16,537 nt of DNA from a virus (taxonomy: Duplodnaviria; Heunggongvirae; Uroviricota; Caudoviricetes): IMG/VR virus record IMGVR_UViG_2703718786_000004; one strand, given 5' to 3'. The first letter of the stretch is position 1. The number at the start of each line of letters is the position of its first letter. The position numbers and the translations under genes were made by a program. Shown one piece after another: positions 1 through 7,645 of the stretch. Below the pieces are notes generated by a model. It saw only the letters and a program-made list of their open reading frames with translations, was not told where the DNA came from and searched no databases.

Positions 1-362
1 CACTCTGTCACCCCGTGCTCAAGGCGCCGCCCGGTGAGATGTGGCACACAGCGGAACTTGTGAATCGCCCCCCGACGGACCAGCCACCACGGCAAATCAC
101 TCTGCACGTGCAACCGCCGGTCGGCCTCACTCTGCCAGAGCAGACCACCGGCGTGGCTGTGGACCAGCGCCACAATCTCACCCTGCATCTCTGCCCGCAG
201 CCAGTCCTCCGGCGACATCCGGAAATACGCCTCCGGCTCACCGGAGATATTCACGCAGGGAAAATATCTTTCCCCTTCCGGCGTTCTCACCACGAAGCCG
301 CACGACTCCGCTGGCGCACATCGCCGGGCGTGCGCCAGAATCTCTGATTCTGTCTGTGTCAT
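1..362 (-). CDS. K: Tail assembly protein K (lambda gpK-like), N-terminal part only; the 3' end lies beyond the left window edge
   Basis: ATG at 362-360 just downstream of the L stop (369-367). My translation of the minus strand gives MTQTESEILAHARRCAPAESCGFVV.TPEGERYFPCVNISGEPEAYFRMSPEDW..VALVHSHAGG, which matches my recollection of the lambda K N-terminus. Not in the ORF track because no stop falls inside the window. Confidence 0.8.
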   Translation of the reverse strand, partial: MTQTESEILAHARRCAPAESCGFVVRTPEGERYFPCVNISGEPEAYFRMSPEDWLRAEMQGEIVALVHSHAGGLLWQSEADRRLHVQSDLPWWLVRRGAIHKFRCVPHLTGRRLEHGVTE

Positions 363-366
363 GGGA

Positions 367-1065
367 TTACTGCGAAAGTTTGTTAATGGAAAGGAAGCCG
401 CCAAAGTTGCCGACGTTATTGCGAAACTTACAGCCGCTCAGGCATTTGCTGCATTTATCCTTCGTGATATCGGACGTCGGCTGGTCATATTCATCCGCGA
501 CAGCCGGACCGTGATAACCACACTCATCACCGCGATAGGTCCAGGTGCAGGTGTTGGCCAGCATGATACGCCCCGGAAAAACAGCGCCGTCCGTTTCCGT
601 CGGTGTGGACAACACAAAGGAGGCACTGACCGCACTCAGTTCGCTGCACTGCTCGATGCGCCAGCGGCTGATCACCTCCTGCTCCGGATCGGCGTCGCTG
701 TTTCCGTTGACGAAGTTCACCGCATCCAGAAAACGGGCGTAAACCTTACGCCTGACCACCGTTCCGCCGACCAGACTCTGCAGGTCTTCCGCCATACCCG
801 TGACCATGCCGTGCAGGTTAGAAACCGTCAGTGTCGGACGGGCAGCACTGCCCTTGCCGTTCAGTTCAAATCCTGTCCCCTGAATGGGGTATGCCTGATA
901 CTGCCGCCCCTGCCAGGTAACCGGCTCACCTTTTTCGTTCTGCTCATTACAGAAAAAATAACGTTCACCACCGACCTCTGTCAGATCGATTTCCCAGAGC
1001 ACCACCTGGGCTGACTGAGTGAGGCGTGTCGTCTCATGATGTGTTTCCTGTGGAATATCCTGCAT
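367..1065 (-). CDS. L: Minor tail protein L (lambda gpL-like), 232 aa
   Basis: 232 aa, the same length as lambda L; sequence (MQDIPQETHHETTRLTQSAQVVLWEIDLTEV..., C-rich C-terminus) matches lambda L as I recall it; sits in the M-L-K order. Confidence 0.9.
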   Translation of the reverse strand: MQDIPQETHHETTRLTQSAQVVLWEIDLTEVGGERYFFCNEQNEKGEPVTWQGRQYQAYPIQGTGFELNGKGSAARPTLTVSNLHGMVTGMAEDLQSLVGGTVVRRKVYARFLDAVNFVNGNSDADPEQEVISRWRIEQCSELSAVSASFVLSTPTETDGAVFPGRIMLANTCTWTYRGDECGYHGPAVADEYDQPTSDITKDKCSKCLSGCKFRNNVGNFGGFLSINKLSQ

Positions 1066-1074
1066 CAGAGCCTC

Positions 1075-1404
1075 CTATGCCACGACCTGTTCAAAATCTG
1101 CCGTTATGGTTACCCACAGCGCCCCCACGCTTGCCGACCATTTACGACAAACCACCCTAATCGGTTTCCAGTCATAAGGTGGCGTCCACTGAAATGCGCG
1201 GACGCCACCGTGCCGTTCCAGAAAGGCTTTTAAAGATGGGTGTTCACATTTACGAACACGTATCGTCACGCTGTAAGTCGACAACTGGTTATTCAGTCCC
1301 GCCGCACGACGCTGTTCATAACCATCGCCCAGCTTCACTGTCACCACTTTCGGCTCTGATACCACATTCATATCCGGGCGCACTTTCCAGTGAAACGTCT
1401 CCAT
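1075..1404 (-). CDS. M: Minor tail protein M (lambda gpM-like), 109 aa
   Basis: 109 aa as in lambda M; METFHWKVRPDMNVV...GDGYEQRRAAGLN...WTPPYDW...FEQVV aligns closely with lambda M (MKTFRWKVKPGMDV...GDGYSQRAPAGLN...WTPPYEW...FEQVV). The start codon overlaps the H stop by 1 nt. Confidence 0.9.
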   Translation of the reverse strand: METFHWKVRPDMNVVSEPKVVTVKLGDGYEQRRAAGLNNQLSTYSVTIRVRKCEHPSLKAFLERHGGVRAFQWTPPYDWKPIRVVCRKWSASVGALWVTITADFEQVVA

Positions 1405-4400
1405 TACCGATATGCTCCACTTAACCGACCACCATCACGGGCCTGCTGTTGCATAAAGTCCGCTGCCGCTTTTTTCCCAAGGTCATAAACCACCTTCAGG
1501 GCAGCCGGACCTATCTGCCCGTTCGTGCCATCGTTATTGATCTCAATGTTGTACTGCGGGGCAAACATCGCCATACCTGAACCACCAATATCCGCCACAA
1601 CCCCCAGCTTACCGTCAGCACCACGACGCAGTGGCAGAATGGCTTCAGGTCCAGCTTCCCCCATCACACCCGCGCCTTTTGCAAAAGCAAAAAACGTCGG
1701 ACGGTTAACCACCGTGCCACTGTAACGACTCAAATCAGCAGACTGATAAATCCCCCCATTGGCATTCAGGGAAAGGCTGCTGAGATCAAATCCCAGTACA
1801 CTGCCAATCCCTTTTATCGATTTCATCATGGTTGCCTGCGCCAGGATTTTCGCCATATCTGACAGCACCGAAGAGGTGAAGGATTTGAAGTTGAGTTTGC
1901 CGGTAGTGACAAAAGTTGCCAGGCCATTTCCCATGTTGCTGAAGGCTGACGAGAACACCTGTTCTGCTGTTCCTGCCGTATTATCTGCATCCACGGTAAA
2001 ATCCTGAAATGCACGCAGGACTCCGTTTTTCCAGTTACCCTGCACAACTTCAAGCTGTTGCCAGTAACGGCGATTCTCATTCAGTTGTCGGTTCAGGCTC
2101 TCCGTCAGCGCCTGCTCGGCCTTTCTGTAGTCATCCGTGTTATATGCCCCTTTCTGCTCACTATCCCGCCTCAACTGCTCCAGCTGTTGCTGGTATTTCT
2201 GGCGAAGACTCAGTTGTACCTGATATCGCTGCCGCTGCTGATCACCCATACCCACCGTGGCGATATCCAGGTCATGTTGCTGGCGCTGAGCGCGCTCTTC
2301 TTCAGCCAGTTGACTGGTCAGCTGAATTGTTTTTTTCTTCAGCTCGTTGAGTGCCGTCTGTTTCTGAAGCTCCTGCTGTTTTACATCCAGCAGCGTCAGT
2401 GCCTGAATCAGTTCATCTTTACGGGCCAGTACACTCTTTTCATCTGCCGTCAGTTTTTTCCCGTCCAGGTCGCTGATGCGCTGCTGCAGAGCCAGAAGCT
2501 GTTTATGCGCTTCTGTCATCCTTTCCGTGGCAATGCCTGCTGACTGTCTGGCAGCAGCAATCTGTCCTTCCACCTGTGCCTGTTGCTGACTGTACTGCAG
2601 CAATAACCGGGTGGCCTCATCATTACGGGTTTCGCGTGTTTTTTTCTTACCGGATGCCAGGGCTTTCTCGTAACGTTCATTTTCACGTTGTATCGCCGCA
2701 TCCCTGACAGCCTGATCGGCGTACTGCATGGCATTAATACGCGCAATTTCACGCTGATGTCGTGCTGCTTCCGTTTCATTCATCCGGTTCAGTGCAGCAT
2801 TTTCAGCATTACGGCGTTTCTGTTGCTCCTGATAATTCCGCTCTGCCTGCTCTTTTGCATCCTGCAAATCCTTCTGGCGTTTTTTCTCCTGAAGATCGTT
2901 AAGACGCTGCTGATCGTATTCAACCTGAGAAGATGATGCCGTCCAGGGGAGTCTTTTCGCCCGCGACACTTTCTCCTGTAAAGCGGCAATCTGTTCATCC
3001 AGCGAGTCTTCACGACCAATATTCATGGCCGCATCCCAGAAACGACTCCATAAATCAGACAGATACTTCAGCGTACTGCCCAGCGCATTGAGGTTATTAT
3101 CAATATCCGCAGTACGCCGACCGGTTTCCTCTGCCAGTGCAGACATGGCTATCCGTGCCGCATCACTGGACCGCCCCTGCTCTCCAAGGACGCGTATCTG
3201 CTCAAGCTGAGTGGCAGTAAGAAAATGCAGCTCATTGTCCAGAGACTTCGCGGCATTTACAGGATCATCCTTCAGCCGCTCAAACTGATTTATGGTATCG
3301 CTGACCGACTGGCCAACCGATCGCTCCATCTGTGCGGCAGCTCTCGCCACCATACCGATATCGTTTCCACGAAATGCACCACTCCCCACCACCTGAGCCA
3401 GCGCACCGGCTGCAGCATGTTGCGTGATACCATTCCCGGAAATAGCACGACTGAGCGTCCACAGCTGCCCGGCAGTGACTCCGGCATAATGCCCCGTCAG
3501 TGACAGCTGGCGGTTAAATTCTTCCCCCTCCTTCTGACCGTCATACCAGGCTTTACCCAGACCATAGACGGCCGCGGCAATACCGCCAATAACCCCGCCA
3601 AGCATCATGCCTTTCGGTGACATCAGTGTGTCTATCCATCCGGCACGGTTAGCCAGCGTTATTCCGGATCCCCTCAGCGCACCTAAATTTCCGCGGGCCA
3701 GTTCACCTATCAGAACGCCTATCTCCTGACGGGCCGCTGCACTTTTCAGCCCCAGCGAATGCGTGGCTTTTCCTGCCTGCTCCATTTTGCGGATATACAC
3801 TTCTGCAGCACTGCTTACCCCCAGCTGGGCAGCCTTAGCACGAAGCAACTCAGAAGAAGAAAGATTCTGGCGGGTTGCCTGCTCTTTAAGCTGACGGATA
3901 AACGCCACTTTCTGTCGGGTAGCCTCTTCCTCAGCCTGTGTAAGAACACGGGTTTTCGCAGTAACCTCAGAAATCAGCGCCAGATAATCCTGCTGACCAA
4001 TCCCGCCACTGTTTCTGGCCTGTCGGATCTGCTGCTGAATACGCTGTAATTCCTGCAGCCCCGCACTGGCCTGTTTCACACTGTCAATCTGACGATAAAA
4101 CGCAGCAGCCGCTTTATCCTGAGCCTCCGCCAGAGCCATGGCCTGCGCCTGTTCCTCGCGCATTTTCTGGCTCAGCGCCTCCATGCGCTGGCGGGTTTTC
4201 TCCACCTCGCGGGCCATGCGTTCATGAGCCTGTGCGTTCTTCTCCACCGTCTGCGCATGGACGGATGCGGCTGTTGCAGCCGAAGAAGCCGCCTGCGTTG
4301 TCTGCCGGGCGGCCTGAGTCTGACGCTCCATAAAACGCTGCATACGGGCAGAAGACCGTTCTGCATCGCTGGCTGCACCATTCAGAAGGTTTTTGATACG

Positions 4401-4469
4401 GGGGATTTCATTTTTAAACTCTGCCGCATCAATCCCCAAATCAATGACCAGGTTGGCTATCTGGTCCAT
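1404..4469 (-). CDS. H: Tail tape measure protein (lambda gpH-like), about 1021 aa
   Basis: Track ORF 1404..4499 begins at a TTG; the likely start is the ATG at 4469-4467, preceded by GGAGGTG. N-terminus MDQIANLVIDLGIDAAEF resembles lambda H MAEPVGDLVVDLSLDAARF; C-terminus NNDGTNGQIGPAALKVVYD...RDGG is near-identical to the lambda H C-terminus. Long Q/A/E/R-rich helical middle is typical of tape measure proteins. Confidence 0.9.
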   Translation of the reverse strand: MDQIANLVIDLGIDAAEFKNEIPRIKNLLNGAASDAERSSARMQRFMERQTQAARQTTQAASSAATAASVHAQTVEKNAQAHERMAREVEKTRQRMEALSQKMREEQAQAMALAEAQDKAAAAFYRQIDSVKQASAGLQELQRIQQQIRQARNSGGIGQQDYLALISEVTAKTRVLTQAEEEATRQKVAFIRQLKEQATRQNLSSSELLRAKAAQLGVSSAAEVYIRKMEQAGKATHSLGLKSAAARQEIGVLIGELARGNLGALRGSGITLANRAGWIDTLMSPKGMMLGGVIGGIAAAVYGLGKAWYDGQKEGEEFNRQLSLTGHYAGVTAGQLWTLSRAISGNGITQHAAAGALAQVVGSGAFRGNDIGMVARAAAQMERSVGQSVSDTINQFERLKDDPVNAAKSLDNELHFLTATQLEQIRVLGEQGRSSDAARIAMSALAEETGRRTADIDNNLNALGSTLKYLSDLWSRFWDAAMNIGREDSLDEQIAALQEKVSRAKRLPWTASSSQVEYDQQRLNDLQEKKRQKDLQDAKEQAERNYQEQQKRRNAENAALNRMNETEAARHQREIARINAMQYADQAVRDAAIQRENERYEKALASGKKKTRETRNDEATRLLLQYSQQQAQVEGQIAAARQSAGIATERMTEAHKQLLALQQRISDLDGKKLTADEKSVLARKDELIQALTLLDVKQQELQKQTALNELKKKTIQLTSQLAEEERAQRQQHDLDIATVGMGDQQRQRYQVQLSLRQKYQQQLEQLRRDSEQKGAYNTDDYRKAEQALTESLNRQLNENRRYWQQLEVVQGNWKNGVLRAFQDFTVDADNTAGTAEQVFSSAFSNMGNGLATFVTTGKLNFKSFTSSVLSDMAKILAQATMMKSIKGIGSVLGFDLSSLSLNANGGIYQSADLSRYSGTVVNRPTFFAFAKGAGVMGEAGPEAILPLRRGADGKLGVVADIGGSGMAMFAPQYNIEINNDGTNGQIGPAALKVVYDLGKKAAADFMQQQARDGGRLSGAYR

Positions 4470-5168
4470 AACGCACACCTCCGGAAATACCTTCCCCAAG
4501 ATGCATCAGTTCTTCGTCCGTTCGCTCCGGTATCCCGTTCTCTTCCGGTAAAAGGCTGAAATCAGCCACCGCAGCATCACTGCTGCCGGACACCATTCTC
4601 ACGATCAATGCCTTCAGCGAGGCAAACTGCGCATCCATCCACACATCACTGAAGCTCTGCATCCGGAAATAATCGCCCCACTCACCAAGCTCAGTGGCCG
4701 ACATTTCCGACAGCATCCGCCGCCAGTCTGCCCGCCGGAACTCCCGGGCAAGCCGCATGACAAACTGCATTTCCCGCGTCAGGACTTTTCCGGCGTCAGC
4801 GCCTCATGCTCATCATCCCCGGCATTATCAATGGTCCCCATACCGCTCAGCGACAGAACCATCTCCGCCCCCGCACCCAGGGCATCATACGACCATGTTG
4901 TAATAACGGATGCGCAAAGCGTCTCTACATCCTTAGACTGATCCGCATTCCACAGTGAGCGGGAAACCAGCCAGGCATTGATATCCATCCCCATCCGCAG
5001 AAAAGCAATCTGTCGTTCAGCCTCCGGCAGTTCTCCCTCTTCGGCATCAAACTTTGCCGTTCGCTGCTGAACAAACGCCAGATATTCAATTCTCTGCAGC
5101 CCGGACAGCTCACTGAGCACCACGGACTGCTTTTCATAATTAAACGTGCCCTGTTTCAGAAACATCAT
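4441..5168 (-). CDS. T: G-T tail assembly chaperone fusion made by a programmed -1 ribosomal frameshift near the 3' end of G
   Basis: The T-frame ORF is open on the minus strand from 4803 to the stop at 4443-4441 and is in the -1 frame relative to G. The heptamer GGAAAAG (minus strand, plus coordinates 4791-4785) lies one codon before the G stop and is a one-base variant of lambda's GGGAAAG slippery site. Gene order V-G-T-H is the conserved context for this frameshift. The T segment overlaps the H start by about 29 nt. Confidence 0.7.
4779..5168 (-). CDS. G: Tail assembly chaperone G (lambda gpG-like), about 129 aa
   Basis: Track ORF starts at a TTG (5207). The realistic start is ATG 5168-5166 (or the adjacent ATG 5165-5163), preceded by GGTGGAG. 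MMFLKQGTFNYEKQSVVLSELSGLQRIEYLAF resembles lambda G MFLKTESFEHNGVTVTLSELSALQRIEHLAL. Stop TGA at 4781-4779. Confidence 0.85.
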   Translation of the reverse strand: MMFLKQGTFNYEKQSVVLSELSGLQRIEYLAFVQQRTAKFDAEEGELPEAERQIAFLRMGMDINAWLVSRSLWNADQSKDVETLCASVITTWSYDALGAGAEMVLSLSGMGTIDNAGDDEHEALTPEKS

Positions 5169-5180
5169 GTTCTCCACCTG

Positions 5181-5205
5181 AAAAAAAGCCCCGGATAACC
5201 GGGGC
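5181..5205 (-). terminator. Intrinsic terminator-like hairpin between V and G
   Basis: Minus-strand sequence GCCCCGG-TTAT-CCGGGGC followed by TTTTTTT: a perfect 7-bp GC stem, 4-nt loop and 7-U tract, in the 57-nt spacer between the V stop (5226) and the G start (5168). Confidence 0.6.
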
Positions 5206-5225
5206 AAATGATGAGTATCGTCCTG

Positions 5226-5969
5226 TTAACCTGCGGCGCTGACAGCCACCGTAGCCACTGCCACAAAATCGCCGTCAGAAGTCATGCCCACAATGCTGAC
5301 ACTGCCCTGCTTCACGCCTTTCACCGTGGCCACAAGCCCGTTCAGGGTCACCGTGGCAGTCTGTGGATCTGTCGAATGCACACTGATCGCTTTGTCACTG
5401 GCTCCGTCAGGTTTTACTGTAAAGGTCAGCGTGGTGGTTGCTCCCACTTTTACACTGGCAGATGCCGGTGCCACCGTCAGCCCGGTAACGCCCACGGTTT
5501 CAGTGCCTTCCTCTGCCAGATACGGACGCCCCACACCGCTGATTTTCACTGTGCGGGTCATCACGTCTTTTGAGGCAATGGTTTTACCCAGTGAGCTCAG
5601 CCAGCCACGGAAAACATCAACAGTGCCGTTGGGATATTTGATACGAAACGCGCAGACTTCACCGGAGTCGAACAACTGAACCAGTTTTTTCTGCCCGCTG
5701 TCACCCGGACGCCAGGCCAGCGTCGCCGAAGTATCACCAACGGATTTCTGCCCCTGGGTTGTCGTTTTCCAGTCTGCATCTTCATCATCGAGATAAGTGT
5801 CATCTTCTGCATCAGCGGTCATTTCGCCAGGTTGCAGATCCTTCACCATCGCAAGACGCAGCCAGTCAGTGTCCGACAAAGGGTTCGCAAATGCGTCGCC
5901 GTTGCCGGTATACATCCAGAACGTCGTTCCCGCACCTTTCGTTTTTGCCAGTGGATTTGGTGTGGTCAT
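5226..5969 (-). CDS. V: Major tail protein V (lambda gpV-like), about 247 aa
   Basis: Track ORF (5226..6044) has a 25-codon N-terminal extension. The start is reset to ATG 5969-5967, preceded by AAGGAGGTGG. MTTPNPLAKTKGAGTTFWMYTGNGDAFANPLSD...DTYLDDEDADW...KYPNGTVDVFRGW aligns with lambda V ([33 protein letters not shown]...DSYLDDEDADW...RFPNGTVDVFRGW). Confidence 0.9.
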   Translation of the reverse strand: MTTPNPLAKTKGAGTTFWMYTGNGDAFANPLSDTDWLRLAMVKDLQPGEMTADAEDDTYLDDEDADWKTTTQGQKSVGDTSATLAWRPGDSGQKKLVQLFDSGEVCAFRIKYPNGTVDVFRGWLSSLGKTIASKDVMTRTVKISGVGRPYLAEEGTETVGVTGLTVAPASASVKVGATTTLTFTVKPDGASDKAISVHSTDPQTATVTLNGLVATVKGVKQGSVSIVGMTSDGDFVAVATVAVSAAG

Positions 5970-5979
5970 TACCACCTCC

Positions 5980-6381
5980 TTAATTCGTGTACGTGATCTG
6001 GTACGTGATTTCCGCCATCGCCCAGGTGGCCATCTCATTATCACGTTGATAGTTAAAACCGAGTGGGATCAGGGTGTCGATGAGTCCGGAAAGTGCCGGT
6101 ACATCATTCAGGGCCGGGAAAATGGTGCTCTCCATCCACATATCCAGCTCTGAATCCGGTGCTTGTGCCCGGATGAAGACAGCAATATGCAGAACAGCCT
6201 GCCAGTCATCTTCATCCGTCATTTTTCCGGTGTACTGAGCATCACTCAGCCACACCGCCACGGCAGGCAGTTCCTGCGCATCAACAAATGCCGGAAGCCC
6301 GTCAAAAAACGTGGCGCTGTCTCCACACTGTTCCCGAAGGCGTGCCAGTACGACCTGGCGGATTTGTGTATGTCGGTTCAT
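5980..6381 (-). CDS. U: Tail terminator protein U (lambda gpU-like), about 133 aa
   Basis: Start reset to ATG 6381-6379, which overlaps the Z stop (ATGA). MNRHTQIRQVVLARL...ATFFDG.PA.VDA...PAVAVWL...YTG aligns with lambda U (MKHTELRAAVLDAL...ATFFDGRPAVFDE..FPAVAVYL..YTG). Confidence 0.85.
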   Translation of the reverse strand: MNRHTQIRQVVLARLREQCGDSATFFDGLPAFVDAQELPAVAVWLSDAQYTGKMTDEDDWQAVLHIAVFIRAQAPDSELDMWMESTIFPALNDVPALSGLIDTLIPLGFNYQRDNEMATWAMAEITYQITYTN

Positions 6382-6956
6382 CGGGTCAGCCATAACCTCA
6401 GTTGTTGTTTCAGTGCATACCCCAACTGTTTCGGCATTTCCGCAGCAATGATGCGGTCGCGGGCATCTTCAAATGCCTGTGTCAGCGGTCCGGACAACGG
6501 GATTTTCACCACATCAATGGGGTAACGATTTTTGCCATCAATACGCCGCATCACATGCCAGCGACCATTCGCCAGTTGCTGAATAAACGCATCCCGGAAA
6601 AGATATTTACCCACCTTCAGCACACTGCCACGGTACTGCAGTTTTCCACCACGCCGGGCCAGTCCGACCCGGGCTGTCCCCAGCTTAATGGCGGGCAGAT
6701 TGCCCCGGTTGACGCGGATCCTGGCCGTCATTTTTCCTGACGGACTGGCTTTAAACACCCGGACACGCTGACGTACCAGTTTCAGGGGTATCCCTTTCAC
6801 CTGGTTATCTCCCGCAACGGTATTCCCGGCAACCTGCCGGGTGGCAACCGAGACCGCTTTCTGTGCCACACGGTTTATCGCCCATGCGCTGGCCTGTGGC
6901 ACCATACGGGTATCAAGGCTGTTCAGATTGCGGATGGCATTCTCAAGCCCCTTCAT
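6378..6956 (-). CDS. Z: Tail completion protein Z (lambda gpZ-like), 192 aa
   Basis: 192 aa, the same length as lambda Z and in the gpZ position immediately upstream of U; preceded by AGAGGTG. Assignment rests on synteny and size. Confidence 0.8.
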   Translation of the reverse strand: MKGLENAIRNLNSLDTRMVPQASAWAINRVAQKAVSVATRQVAGNTVAGDNQVKGIPLKLVRQRVRVFKASPSGKMTARIRVNRGNLPAIKLGTARVGLARRGGKLQYRGSVLKVGKYLFRDAFIQQLANGRWHVMRRIDGKNRYPIDVVKIPLSGPLTQAFEDARDRIIAAEMPKQLGYALKQQLRLWLTR

Positions 6957-6967
6957 CCCACACCTCT

Positions 6968-7243
6968 TTACTCAATAAAGATCATTGGCTTACCGTTAAA
7001 GCGTTCATGCCGTGTGACCGTCCAATGTTGTCCGTCATAAACAACGCGATCCCCGCGCCGTGGGCGGTATCCCAAAGAAAACACCACCAGAGAGACAGCA
7101 GGTCCGGACAGAGCATTCAGCTCTGCCAGTGTTTCGCCCGGGATCACAGCCATATCGACATCATTAATCGAGGCTGTCTTTCCCATCTTTCTGACCGTGA
7201 TCGCATCCATACGCGCTGCCAGCCGAGAAAAGGGATCAGACAT
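6968..7243 (-). CDS. Small head-tail joining / head completion protein (at the lambda FII position), 91 aa
   Basis: ORF with ATG at 7243-7241 overlapping the end of the upstream gene by 8 nt. It sits between the head genes and Z, where lambda carries FII, but I see no convincing similarity to lambda FII, so the call is positional. Confidence 0.5.
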   Translation of the reverse strand: MSDPFSRLAARMDAITVRKMGKTASINDVDMAVIPGETLAELNALSGPAVSLVVFSLGYRPRRGDRVVYDGQHWTVTRHERFNGKPMIFIE

Positions 7244-7559
7244 TGAGTTTTACCGGCACTTCTTCTGCACTGGTTCCGGCATCTGCCCAGACAACCCCGA
7301 CCAGCGGATCAGAGCCGCTGTTAGTCAGCTGAACTTTTCCGGACTTCAGATAAACCTTCTTACCCGTTTTCATGTCATCCGTTTTCAGCTTAGGCAGGAT
7401 AAACACACCTTCGGTCATGCCGTCGCCTGTTTCACCCTGTGGAATATCGGTCAGCGCCACCGCAAAAACATCACCCACCTGCACCAGATCTCCGCTGCTG
7501 ATGGCTGCACTGGCAACAATCGCCACCGTTTTTCCTTCTTCTACAAAATTCTTTGCCAT
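7236..7559 (-). CDS. Small capsid-associated protein, about 107 aa (DUF2190-like; possible head decoration or stabilisation protein)
   Basis: Track ORF starts at a TTG (7604). The likely start is ATG 7559-7557, preceded by GGAGACAG. MAKNFVEEGKTVAIVASAAISSGDLVQVGDVFAVAL... is the size and Gly/Val-rich beta-type composition I associate with DUF2190 proteins found just downstream of major capsid genes. Family assignment is from memory. Confidence 0.45.
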   Translation of the reverse strand: MAKNFVEEGKTVAIVASAAISSGDLVQVGDVFAVALTDIPQGETGDGMTEGVFILPKLKTDDMKTGKKVYLKSGKVQLTNSGSDPLVGVVWADAGTSAEEVPVKLNV

Positions 7560-7602
7560 AACTGTCTCCGCACAGCCCCGTTCAGGGGCTGATTTCAGGT
7601 AC

Positions 7603-7622
7603 AAAAAAAGCCCTTACGGGCC
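7603..7622 (-). terminator. Weak terminator-like hairpin downstream of the capsid gene
   Basis: Minus strand GCCC-GTAA-GGGC followed by TTTTTTT: only a 4-bp stem with a GNRA-type loop, but a clean 7-U tract, lying between the capsid stop (7646) and the next start (7559). A stronger hairpin follows at 7573-7591 (CAGCCCC-TGAAC-GGGGCTG) with no U tract. Confidence 0.35.
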
Positions 7623-7645
7623 ATCAGAGTTGTTGTCTGCGACGT

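Noticed and set aside
8-241. 77-aa minus-strand ORF (Arg/Cys-rich)
   Set aside because: Lies inside the K coding region in another frame; K itself is missing from the track only because it has no in-window stop.
361-1014. 217-aa plus-strand ORF
   Set aside because: Entirely antisense to the well-supported L gene, with no ribosome-binding site or recognisable motif; a typical shadow ORF in GC-rich coding DNA.
2009-2543. Plus-strand ORFs of 113 and 161 aa inside the tape measure gene
   Set aside because: Antisense to H, low-complexity (Leu/Gln-rich mirror of the coiled-coil codons), with no start signals.
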